The notes under the pieces: model-generated | Databases searched by the model: none | What the model saw: the letters and a program-made list of their open reading frames with translations, nothing else | Told to the model about the DNA's origin: nothing | Origin: Macrostomum lignano | Lineage: Eukaryota | NCBI GenBank assembly: GCA_002269645.1 | Contig: NIVC01001810.1 | Span: 62,001 to 126,000 of the forward strand | Direction of reading: 5' to 3' | DNA: 64,000 nt | Made by a program: the position numbers and the translations under genes | Shown: positions 11,427 to 23,768 of the stretch, piece by piece | How the letters are laid out: every line of letters begins with the position of its first letter | How positions within the stretch are numbered: position 1 is the first letter of the stretch

Positions 11427-14400
11427 TCACAGCTCCTCCTTGCCCGCCGGCAGGTTGGCCTTCAAGAATTTCTCCAGCTGGCCGGAGTCAAAGCCGGATC
11501 CGTTGAAGCGAATCGGCGAGTCCTTGCGGCCGGCCGCGGCCAGCAGCAGCAGCGTGGGCGAGCGCTCGGTCGGGTTGAAGAAGTACGCGCCGGGGGCGTC
11601 GTTCAGCGCCGTGTCGAGGTGCCCGACGGTCAGGCCGGGGAAGGCGGCCTTGGTGGCCGGGCTGGCGGCGAACTCGGACAGCTGAAGGATGGCGTCCGAG
11701 CATTCCGGCTTGTCCCGGTCGCACTGCAGCACCAGGCAGCTCGGCCGGCCGGCAGCGAGCACCTGCGCAGGAGGTAAGTGGCGGCTTCTGTGAGCTCTGC
11801 GTCCCGGCTGGCCTCAGCTCAGCTCTGCTCACATCTCACTCTGGGTGATGGAAATCTCACCCTGGGTGATAGGAATCTCACACTGGGTGGTGGGAAATCT
11901 GACCCTGGGTGATGGAAATCTCACCCTGGATAACACACCAAAAGCACAGGTGAGACACTGAAATCTCAGGTGAGACGCTGAAATCTCAGATGAGACACTG
12001 CAATCTCAAGCCAATCATCACCCAGGCACCCACCTGCTCCTGGAAGCTGGCCCCGGTCAGGTACAGCAGCGGTCCGGACTGCGAGGCCCGGGCGGTGGCC
12101 GAGCGAACCACGGGGGTGGCGCGGCCGGCCAGCACGCTGGAGACGAACTCTGCGATCTCGTCAGCATCGAAGCTGTCAAGCTCGGAGGCGAAGCGGCGCT
12201 TGTCGGTCCCGTAGCAGCCGAGGTTCAGGTCCGAGCCGCTGTCCTCGAACCTGGGCGGGGAGATGAGTTGAGACTTTGCTGAGCTGGCCAGCTGAGTCCC
12301 AGGGTAACTGATCCCGGCCTAATAAATGTGATACTGATCCCAATAAATCTGAGAAATCGATTCCAATAAATCAGGGATATTGATCCCAATAAATCAGGGA
12401 TATTGATCCCAATAAATCAGGGATATTAATCCCAATAAATTTAGAAGATTAAACTAATTGAATAAAAAATCAATCTTTAATCTATTATTTTACAAGCCCT
12501 ACTCGCTACTCGCTACTAGAGTAGTGCAACTCGCGCCTCACTTGAATTTCTTGGCCTCGTCCTCCTCCTGCTCATCGTCGGCCATGGCGAACAGCGCCTT
12601 GCCGGAGAACCTGGCGGCCACCTTGGCGAACTTGGAGTGCCACATCCGCGTGGAGGTGCGCAGCTCGCCGGAGAAGTCGACGGTGAGGAAGAACAGGCAG
12701 ACGGGCAGCTGAGAGGACAGGTAAGTCTCCTTCGAGCCGAAGTTGTACTGCCCGACAAGCGGCAGCTTGTTGGCTTCGTAGAATTTGAGTAGCTCGGCGC
12801 CGCTGCTCTGCGAGCCCGAGTACTTCACCAGGCTGGCCTCGCCCTCCGCTGTCAGCTTCACCGGCTTGCGCAGGTAAATCTGCCGAGTTTGAGGAAGGTA
12901 ATGATGAAGCCCGCTCCCTCAGTGCCTCACTCAGTGTCTGAATCTGCCTCACTCAGTGCCTGAATCTGCCTCACTCAGTGCCTGAATCTGCCTCACTCAG
13001 TGCCTGAATCTGCCTCACTCAGTGCCTGAATCTGCCTCACTCAGTGCCTGAATCTGCCTCACTCAGTGCCTGAATCTGCCTCACTCAGTGCCTGAATCTG
13101 CCTCACTCCAGAGAACAACAGGGCCATCGGCGTCCGGGCACTCACAGTGTTAATCTGGAGTCCCAGCTGCTTGGCCAGGTCCCCAGATTCAATCAGCGCC
13201 CCCTCCACCCGGTTCAGGTGCACGTGGCTGGACTCGCGCAGGAAGTTGGCCAGAAACTCGGCCGACTCGATGGAGTCAAAGTGGCCAATCAGCAGCGACT
13301 CGGTGCCGCTGGCGATGCTGTCCAGCTCGGCCAGGGACTTGGCCCGAATCACGCTGTCCGGGACCGTGTGCGCCTGGTAGAAGCCGGCCAGGGCCTGACC
13401 TGTGGCCTCGTGGATGAAGCGGACCGGCCGCTGAGAGTCGCGCTTGATGACCAGGTAGGTGGGCAGGCTGGTGGCCTGGGAAGGTGCGAGAGAACACTGA
13501 TTTTGGCCTTCGATTTGCAGTTATTTCGCGAGTTATTTGAAAATGGATACCCATGTGCTAGACAGGCGAGTCTGCGACATTTGACTGTCAGTGAAAATTG
13601 ACTGTCAGTGACATTTGACTATCAGTGACAATTGACTGCAGAAAAGCAGTACAAAGGAGACAAGTGCTCACCCCGTACAACTGGGCCAGCTCAGCGTCCT
13701 CTCCGGCCACCTCAACATATCCCACAGCCTTGGGCTCGCGGCCCATCTTCAGCTGGTCGGCTGCGGCGTCCAGCAGAGCCAGGGTGTCGCTGCGGTCGGC
13801 GGCGGCCGGGTCAAAGAAGCCAACAAGCCAGGCGGACTGCTTGTCCAGCTGCTCGGTCAGGTTGGCCTTGGCCAGCTTATGGAGGCCCTTCAGCACCCGC
13901 GGCGGCTTCCAGTCGGGCAGGGCGACTGTCTCCATGAACTTCACGATGCCCTCCGTGTCTCTCGGCCCGTTGTAGTCAAAGAACTCGCCAGGGAAAGCCT
14001 TCTTGTAGATCTTCATGGTGGGGTAGCCTTGCACCTCGTGCTGGGCAGCCAGGGACTCGTGCACGGTGGCGTCCACCTTTGCCAGAGCAATGCCCTTGGC
14101 CTTCAGACGGGTAGCAGCGGCAGAGTACTGTGGCTCCAGCTGCTTGCAGTGACCACACCTGAAAATGAATGATATCATATCATTGTCTCCATCTAAACAG
14201 TTTAATTTCTAGAGAAGCAAAGAATAGATGACCTACCAAGGTGCATAGAACTCCACAAGTAGGGTCTCCTTCTCATTAACCACTTCTTGAAAATTGTCCT
14301 TGCCAAGAACCAGTACATCGCCTTCTTCTTTCACTTCAGCCAATGAAGACAAAGCTAAAATTAAAATTAAATATCTAAAATGAATGACTATCATACACTC

Positions 14401-15035
14401 GTATTAAAATATTTCAAAACGAAAATACAAACATTTATTTTTTTGTTACTTTATAGACTTAATGGTCAAAATTGTTCATTTAATTGGAAAAAAATCAAAT
14501 ATTAAAAGGAAACTAATTGTTTGATTCTATTGATATTAATATGATAAAAATATGATATTAGAAAATAACTATATTACTTAAATAACTTATTGCTTAAATA
14601 ACTATGAATAAAAATAGATTTCATAAATAAGCTAGGCCTATTGAGTTTGAGTTTGAACATTTTTCTAAAACCAGTGGCACAACCAAGGCAGGGAGGGGAC
14701 TCAGAATAAAAGAAAGAGATCAAAAATTTTTTAGAAAAATGCAGATGCAGGCTAGCACTAGCACAACTTTTGTCATCTAAAAGGGCTTAAGGTTATGAAA
14801 CTCCTTTGGCCCAGGGAAGAAAAGGATCCACAATCCTTGAATATTTGACTGCACCATTGTTTTATTTCTGTTAATGTGTGTCACGTTTTAAAAACATCAC
14901 AAAAGAATAGAAAAATGAAATAAAAGTTTATTTTATTTGAATTTTACACTTTTACATTTGTTGCTTGCAATGTAACTTACCAAGAAGGGGGAGCAGGAAA
15001 AGTGCAAGGAATATGTCACTTGACTTTTGAAACAT
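11427..15035 (-). CDS. PDIA4: Protein disulfide isomerase, ERp72/PDIA4-like; exons 15035-14981, 14354-14237, 14158-13672, 13475-13146, 12879-12542, 12250-12034, 11762-11427
   Basis: Signal peptide MFQKSSDIFLALFLLPLLALSSLA; LLVEFYAPW|CGHC across an intron; AKVDAT, VQGYPT, YNGPRD; PDWKPP linker typical of ERp72; C-terminal KEEL; all introns GT-AG with matching phases. Confidence 0.88.
12915..13110. repeat. Intronic 22-bp tandem repeat (CCTCACTCAGTGCCTGAATCTG)
   Basis: About 8 near-identical copies in a PDI intron. Confidence 0.95.
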
Positions 15036-15929
15036 TGTTGCTTGATTAATTTTTTTATTTCAAGCTAAATTAAATACAATGAATCAGTAGAAGATTTTTT
15101 GTTATCCAAAAGTGTGAATTGTTTTAAAGTTTAAAGTTTTAGACGTCGAAAAAGTCCTTTTAAAAAAATTTCATAAACGTGTCACGACGCTATTCCACGG
15201 TTAATCATATCAACAAATATTTCAGCATAAAAATAGTTCACGCGAACAGAAAAAGTTCTAACTAAATGCTTCAAAATAAAACTTATAAAGAGATAGGTAA
15301 GTTTTGCTTGCAAAAATGTCTACCTCTTCATAGTACAAAATTTAATAATTTCTGAGAAATAAGTTGCATCGAAAAGTAGTAGAACTCAAGAAGAAATTAA
15401 GTTAGGCCTAGCTTCTCATTAAAGTTAGAGATTAATGGTGTGTACTTAAAAATGAGTGCAGGGTACTCCAATATGCAAAATTTTTTTTCTCTTGAACTGA
15501 ACTAAATTATCACATTAGCGCAGTAACGAAGGATATAGCCGAAGGCCAAAGTCCAAAGGTGTAAATTGTGCATTGCAAGCAGCCATTAATTTGAATGGCA
15601 AGATCAAGATGTTATATAGTAATAATTGCAAGAGGGCTGTGGGCACCCTGAAGCAACGCCTTCGGCGACATTTTTCCTCACAAATAATTATTATAAAATT
15701 AAGTTGATTGATAAAAAAATGTATATAAAGAAAATAGGCTAACATTGATAGAAAATATAAAATTAATTAGGCCTATTTATTCAACTATCTATATGCCAAT
15801 TAAAAATATTCAGGCCTACTTTAATTTCATTTAAGAGAGTCTTTCAATTTTTCAATCTTTCAATTCAACAGTCCATGAACTTTCAAAGCTTCTCTACAAC
15901 CTTACTAGCTGTGTTTACAATCTGACACT

Positions 15930-17460
15930 TGTTGTTGCTGAATAGTAGGCCCTACTAAAGCCTTTTTTATAATTGTTGATAGTTGGAACAAATTCTATTC
16001 CATAAGTGGGACATATAAAACATCACTTACCTTATGCCATTTCTAACTAGAACTAGGCCTAATATAGATATATAACCAAATGGTTCCCTTTCTGATGGCT
16101 TTAAGCTTTAATTTTTATTGGACAAAATGGAGATGTAATAATAATATCATTATCATTATCAATATCAATATTGAAATGTATACTAATACTAAAAAATCTT
16201 CAAATTTCTCAAAATTTGTCTAATCATTAGTCATATGATTCATTGCGCCTGAGTCTACAATTTATGTCTTAGCATTAGGCTCATTAGCTGTTGATGATAC
16301 ACCTCAAAACAATGCTAGAATTGCAAAATCTTTCTTTATCTAAAGCTAGAAAATCCTTTAAACCTTTTGCTAAGGCATCTGCAATCCTTACCTATTGCCT
16401 TCTATTAGATATATTTAAATCCTAGGCCCTATGGTTTTGAGTTTGTGCTCAATTCACCTGTCACTAAGAGGCTATTCTTGAATTTGTAACATTGCTTCTT
16501 TAGGTGACTAGGCTTATTGCAGAAAAAAACATACCTTTGCCTTGGTCTAGTGCTATTGCTTATTGAATCTAACAAGAGCCTTTGAATTGCTGCTAGGTCC
16601 ACAGCTTTCTTGTTCAAATTGTTTTGACTCTTTGTGCAAAAGCTGCTCAATTATAAAATTCATTATCAAATTGTCCACTTGCAATTCTAGAGCAATAATC
16701 AACCTATCATATGACTTTGACAAACTATTTGTCAAAATTGTGACTTGATAGTCTTCTAGAACATCTGCCCCAATAGCCAAAAGTCATTTATAATATCCTT
16801 GAATTGATTAGGCCCTTAACATGCTCTTGCATAGATGAACCTTCTGCCATCTTGAGCACTTGTAGTTTCTAATTAAGAAACAATTTATTTGCTAGTAAAC
16901 TCTGCTCAAATAATCAAATATGCTTAAAGCTTATCCCATGCTTCCTTCAGAGTTTCTGCATCCTCAATTAGATAAATTTGACTATCCACAATAGCCAATA
17001 AAATAGTTGCTAGGGCTTTATTTGCATACCACTTGAACTGCACTTTGATCTCATTGGTTGCATCCTTAGCAAGTGTCTCAGCACTATTAACAACTTCCAA
17101 AAGTTCTCATTCCATTAGGACATTCTTTATCTTGAACTTCCAAACAGTATAATTAGAACTATCCAACTTCTCAACTAGTATAGTTTGACTTTGAAAGACA
17201 TTGTGTCAATCCACCAGCACAACTGACTGCTAAGCTTGAACTTTCTGAGAGATGGAAGAGCCTGACAATCATGCCAACTGACATACTGCCACTAAAGCAG
17301 CTTGTTGAGGAGTGCAAGGCCCATAACCTATTAAGAAAGTCTTATTTGATTGCAGTAACTCTGTGTTTATTGAGAGTTTTGAGAAAGAGAGTGACAGAAG
17401 GTTAACATTGAATTTAGCTCTGGTGCAGCTCAAACAAAGCTTAGTTGTACCAGTTAGGAG
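15930..17460 (-). mobile_element. Degenerate Ty1/Copia LTR retrotransposon relic (putative 5' LTR, PBS, gag, protease)
   Basis: Minus strand: LVEKLDSSNYTVWKFKIKNVLME*, KALATILLAI, EAWDKL*, LANKLFL, KMAEGSSMQEH, AIGADV..LTNSLSKSYDRLIIALE (Copia gag); eroded knuckle FFCNKPSHLKKQC; protease *IVDSGAMNHMT (~16220-16265); VSDVLYVP..NLF; PBS GGTTATGGGCC at 17328-17318. Many stops and frameshifts. Confidence 0.85.
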
Positions 17461-17687
17461 GGGGAGACCATAGACATAATTAGGAATTTTATTCTAGAAA
17501 ATTCTGTAAGGGAAACTGGGATTCACTTACCATAAATAGAGGTGTCTATTTACTATTTTAATGCAAACTATAACTTATTAAGATAATATAATATAATTTA
17601 ATATTAAGATTAAGATAATATTTGACATTTCAGCCTTTTCTTAATCTTAGAGCACAATATATTTTAAGGATTGCAAGGCAATTCAAA

Positions 17688-20468
17688 ATGCAGTCAAGTG
17701 CAATATCCAATATTTCAGGTATGCTTGACTATTTTTTTATTTATTTATATTTTACAGCCTATATTCTATTTAATAATGAATTTACTTTCACCTTTGCCTT
17801 TGTATCACCAGACTGGCGCAAGCCATATGCTGAGCGCAACCAGCTGGAAGACCTGCTGCACTCAATCCCAGCGCCAGCGCCCTACACAGTCTGGCTGCGC
17901 TGGTTCGAGCAGGGCACTGCCATCATCAAGGAGACAAACTCGCCAAATGAGCCCAACCAGATGGCACTGGCTACCGCCACCAGGTGGGGACTTACAGCTT
18001 TATGGTAGAAAGCTAAGGGCTTGTGTTCAGTCTTTTTTATTATATATATCTGAAATTCTGTAAATTCGTGGGATCCGGGATTTTTGTGAAGCATCTGTGA
18101 ATTCAGAGTTTGACTCCTGATTTAGGGCTCTTGAATTTTTGTGAATCTGGAAATCTTGGATTTCTTTGAATTCGGAAATCTTGGATTTCTTTGAATTCGG
18201 GAATCTGGGATTTCTTTGAATTCGGGAATCTGGGATTTCTTTGAATTCAGGGATCTGGGATTTCTTTGAATTCGGGGATCTGGGATTTCTGTAAATTCGA
18301 AGATCTGAGACTTCTGTGAATCATCAGGGATTTTTGTGACTACAGGGATCTCTGGGATTTTTGTGAATTTGGAGATCTGAGACTTCTGTGAATCATCTGT
18401 GATTTTTGTGAATTCGGGGATCTTTTATTTTTGTGAATTCTGGGATCTGGGATTTCTTGTGAATTCGGGGATCTTTTATTTTTGTGAATTCTGGGATCTG
18501 GGATTTCTTGTGAATTCGGAGATCTAGTATTTTTGTGAATTAGGGTATCTAGGATTTCTGTGAATTTGAGGATCTGGGATTTTTGTAAATTTGGAGATGT
18601 GTGATCTTGTGAATTCGGGGAGCTGGGACTTTTGGAAATTAGGGGATCTGGGATTTCTCTATTGGCGCGCTTATACGTGATCGGGAGTCAGCCGAATGGA
18701 CAGAATTTCCTGAGTGGCGATATCGCCGAAGGCGCTGCTTCAGGGTGCCCACAGCCCCTGCAATTATTACTAAATAACATCTCGCTGTTTAAATGAACGG
18801 CTGCTTCATTGTTGCCATAGCAACAGTACTGCGTCTTCATAATTGTTGTTTTCTTTTGACCAACTTGCAGGGACGGCTGTCCGTCTGTGCGCTACGTGCT
18901 GCTGAAGGGCCACGACGAGAGGGGCTTCTATTTCTACACCAACTACAGCAGCCGCAAAGGCAAGGAGCTGGTGAGTGGCTGCCCAGCTTATTTCTTTACA
19001 GTAGTTGCTCTGCTTGCGTAATCATTTTTCAGATGCTAGAAATTAACAGGACATATGTGTTACAGGTGGTCAGGTGGACACATTGACAATTAGACAGGTG
19101 GACACATTGACAATTAGAACGGTGGACACATTGACAATTAGACAGGTGGACACATTGACAATTAGACAGGTGGACACATTGACAATTAGACAGGTGGACA
19201 CATTGACAACTAGACAGGTGGACACATTGACAATTAGAAAGGTGGACACATTGACAATTAGACAGGTGGACACATTGACAATTAGAAAGGTGGACACATT
19301 GATAAGAAGACAAGTAGACACATTGACAATTAGACAGGTGGACACATTGACAATTAGACAGGTGGACACATTGACAATTAGACAGGTGGACACATTGACA
19401 ATTAGACAGGTGGACACATTGATAAGAAGACAAGTGGACACATTGACACTTAGACAGGTGGACACATTGACAATTAGACAGGTGGACACATTGACAACTA
19501 GACAGGTGGACACATTGACAATTAGAAAGGTGGACACATTGACAATTAGAAAGGTGGACACATTGATAAGAAGACAAGTGGACACATTGACAATTAGACA
19601 GGTGGACACATTGACAATTAGACAGGTGGACACATTGACAATTAGAAAGGTGGACACATTAACAATTAGACAGGTGGACACATTGACAATTAGAAAGGTG
19701 GACACATTGATAAGAAGACAAGTGGACACATTGACAATTAGACAGGTGGACACATTGACAATTAGACAGGTGGACACATTGACAATCAGACAGGTGGACA
19801 CTCGATTAAACAGGTGGAGACAGATATTTGACAGTTAGACACATTCATAGTTAGACAGGTGGACACATTGACAATCAGACAGGTGGACACTCGATTAAAC
19901 AGGTGGAGACAGATATTTGACAGTTAGACACATTCATAGTTAGACAGGTGGCCACAAACAATTGGGCAGGTGGACATCAAGGACTGCTTAAGTGAAATGA
20001 CGGAAAACTTCCGTATGTCCTCTGTGCATTTATTCCAATCCGCAGGCGGAGAACCCGCGCGCCAGCCTGTGCCAGTATTGGCCGGAGCTGAACCGGTCCA
20101 TCCGCATCGAAGGCCGAGTCGAGCGCACCTCGGCGGAGAACAGCGAGGCCTATTTCCGCAGCCGGCCGCTGCCCAGCCAGATTGGCGCCGCGGTCAGCCC
20201 GCAGAGCCAGGTGGTGCCATCTCGCGATTTCCTCGAGGACCGGCGTCGGGAACTGGACGCCCGGGTTAGCCAAGGCGAGTCGGTGGCCAGGCCGGAGAGC
20301 TGGGGCGGCTACTGCGTGCTGCCGACCAGCTACGAGTTCTGGCAGGGCCAGCGGGACCGCCTGCACGACCGGGTTCGATTCCGCAGGCGGCAGGACCTCA
20401 CCGAAGAGGAGATGCGGATGGCTCAGCCGGCCGAGGGCGACTGGGTGTGCGAACGGCTCGCTCCGTAA
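17688..20468 (+). CDS. PNPO: Pyridoxine/pyridoxamine 5'-phosphate oxidase; exons 17688-17718, 17812-17983, 18871-18970, 20046-20468
   Basis: [85 protein letters not shown] stop; phases match across introns. First exon/start least certain. Confidence 0.93.
18130..18655. repeat. Degenerate intronic tandem repeat (GTGAATTCGGGGATCTGGGATTT-like)
   Basis: Repeated GAATTC/GATCTGGGATTT motifs in PNPO intron 2. Confidence 0.85.
19065..19950. repeat. Intronic 24-bp minisatellite (GACAGGTG-GACACATT-GACAATTA, three 8-bp subunits)
   Basis: More than 30 copies in PNPO intron 3; explains ORFs 19029-19838. Confidence 0.95.
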
Positions 20469-23400
20469 GCGCGACTCGGACTGGCTCAAGTGCATCCGTA
20501 CTTTTAGAGTACATTTGAACTGATAAAGTGCGTCTCTACTTGTAGAGTACATTTGAAATGGCGAAGTGCATCCGTACTTTTAGAGTACATTTGAACTGGT
20601 GAAGTGCGTCTGTACTCGCTCATGTATTTGTATTAGTGGTATTTCATTATGTGTGCGCATTAGTTAGAAATGAAAGTATTTATAATAAAATAAATAAAAA
20701 AGAGCTTGTTGATTTCTTCTTGTCAAGCAATAGATTTTTTTTAGTTTTACCGTTTCCTAGCGTTAGGTCTTTTTGGTAAATCTCGGCGTATAATTTAGGA
20801 GTGCACTTGATGCTAATTTTTGTATTCCAAATTTAACTCGATTGATCGAATTTCTATCTGGTCCATTTAAATGCAGATTGCAGCATACACCAATAGTTGA
20901 TTTCGAGGTTGATTTCTTAGTCCGAAGTTTGCTTAGTACGAGCAATTGTGTATTAGATCTTAATTGATTAAGTGCATGTATATTGCTACCATTTAAATGA
21001 AGCTACCTGGAAATTTATTCTGTTTGCACTCGTTACCTGCCGTTCACTTTCCTTGTCAAGTGGACCTTCTGCAATGTGCGAAATTAAGATAAACAAAGTA
21101 ATTAAATATCTGTTAAATGTACTGGCTAGTTATTGTGTGTTTTTATTCATTAGTGTCTAATCTAAGAGTTGGATTTCAGAATGAAAAAATCAATTTTCTT
21201 CATACTTTTATAATGAATTTATGAATTTATTAAGGAGAATTTCTAGTACCTTTCACATGTGAATTTTTGTATTTTTTAAATAAATAATGCTCCGAAATAT
21301 TCGTTATACAATGAAGCTGCGGCTGCGCTGATTTGTCAATTTTTTATTTAAGGATGAAGTTAAAGGCTTGGTAAATTTTATCTTGTTTTATCTGTTTATT
21401 TCTTCTAAAGTGTAGGCTAATGTACCGTCTCATTCGACTACTCGACTAGCATTCACGAAAACGGAGAGGGTGCAAGAATGGGAAAACGAGCGTCATTTTT
21501 TCAGTTGAGTGATGCTGACGTGAAGACAAACTAATATATTGTCAAGAGGTTGTGTCTGAATATATAATCGATGAAATCAGTAACAAAACATGTGCATGCA
21601 CATCTATGTTAGAATTTATTTTCATGAATTATACGAAGCACGTGTATATATATAATTCCCGACAATCCGGTCGTCCGGAATCAAGGTGCCATTGAGTTCA
21701 ATAACATTGTATGTGTTAATTTCAACATCGAGGTTTTCATGGACACTAATTAATAAAAAACTATCGTTTTCCATTTTATCGTTTTTCTTAAATACTTTGG
21801 GCCTTTCAAATGACGTACTATTACACCCCTAATGAACCAAGGACTACTAACGAAGTGACTTCAGTGGTCCTTGTAATGAACATGAAAAAATGAGACGTCT
21901 TTTTTGAAGAACAGAATTTTTTGCGTCTTTTAAAAATGCTAGACGATGAATTGGACCAAATACCAAAATTTTTGGCTCCTGTTTAGAAAAAATGCTGAGA
22001 CAATACCAGCGTGTTTGTTTTAAAAAGCGCAGTAAGCGAACCCTTAATGTACACTTTTGTTTACCATTGCCATTAGTCGTAATAACTTAGGATAAGGAAA
22101 AAATCGGATTGATTAGTTTAAAATATTGAAAGTGTTTTCCTTTTACGTTTTAGTTTTATAAAATTGTTTTATAAAACATATTTGAAAAAAACGTTTCGTA
22201 AATTCGTTTTTAGAAAATGTTTTCATTTTACTGTAGGTTATCGTGTCTCGCGAAATTAGTTGGTAACCATTCAAAATTTTCCATATAAATCCGATTGGCC
22301 CAACGTTGCATGCTTGGAGTTACAATTAATTGTGCAACAGCACTACGAAGTTAACATGAGTATATTTTGCCCTTTCATGTTCACATTGAACTCTTCATTT
22401 TTCTAATATATTTCTGGACAGACTTGAAGTCGCTACTTCAAGATAAAAATGCATATATATAACTTAAACCTTTAGTCTGCTAGGAAGACCGTGAGCTGAT
22501 AGTGAAGTTATATTGAATTTTAAACTCATTTAGTTGATAATATTTAAAGGCCTATAGTTAAATTCTGTCTATATTTACATGTATATTAATATGCCATTTT
22601 GCTACTAAGTACTACAAGACCAGGGCTTAGTTATAATTATAATTTAATAAAAAATAAATTTATCCTAGCCCTAGGTCTCAGAATTGTTTATATCTAGATA
22701 TTAAAAAGGCTATGCCTATGTTCTATAGATTTTTTTTTATTATAATAAAGTTTTCCAGATAAAAAATTTACTTGCATTACTGTATATATTGCAATTCATA
22801 CTAGTATTGTAATATTTTTGAAACCATTATATATTTGTTAAGTATTCACATTTCTAATCTATTTAAGTCATTGCTATGCCATTCATGTAAAAATGGTGTA
22901 ATTTTCTATGACTATGAATTTGTTGCTTCATTAAAATATTTGGTTAAATTTATCTAATAAAATTGTTTTCTATTTTTTATTTATTATTTACTTTCTATTA
23001 TAAAACTAAGCAAAAATAATATTACTATTATATATAAATATGTGTTTTATATAAATCTAAATATAACACTTTCATTATCTAGAATAAGACTAGATAAAAT
23101 AATTTTCTTGCTCTAGGCTTGAGAGAATTGTCTATTCTATTTACTACTATGGCTAATATACATTTACTAATTGGTTAGATTTTTACTTATTAATTAGATA
23201 TATAAACAAAAATGCTATATATAGCATGATATATACTGGCTTAGTATAGCAAAAGAAGAAAACCATATTATAATATAGTACTAGATAACTTAATAAATAA
23301 GTTGATATATTGTTTTTTGCAATTAAAGCTATATATCATATAGTATAAAATTTTTTATTTTAAATGTAATTAGGTTATTTGGTTTTTTATACAAAGTTGT

Positions 23401-23768
23401 CATATTTCACAACATTTGAAAGCTTTTGGGTTTATATATTTTGTAAGGAAATTCTCAATTTAGCAGTATAGTAAGTCAAAACAAGTTTTAGTAATAGAAA
23501 ACATTTTTAGTATATTGGATTGATTGAATTTAATTGTATCAAGATATATATACCTGATCAGCTTATATTTGAATATGTTTTTTTATTTGTTTTATTACAG
23601 AAACTAACAAAGTGCTTTATTAAATATGACTTGTTTTAGTAGAAAATATTTTAGTGTACTAATAAATAATGGAATCCCAATCTTCCTGCCTCAGCTGTGA
23701 ATCGGCTGTTGCAAAAATTATTCTTAACCACAAAGCCAACTGCTAAAGCAGAAATCAAGCAAGTTCCA

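Noticed and set aside
19029-19838. CQCVHLSN / VDTLTIRQ repeat ORFs (metallothionein- or antifreeze-like look)
   Set aside because: They lie within PNPO intron 3 and are open in several frames, which indicates a repeat artefact.
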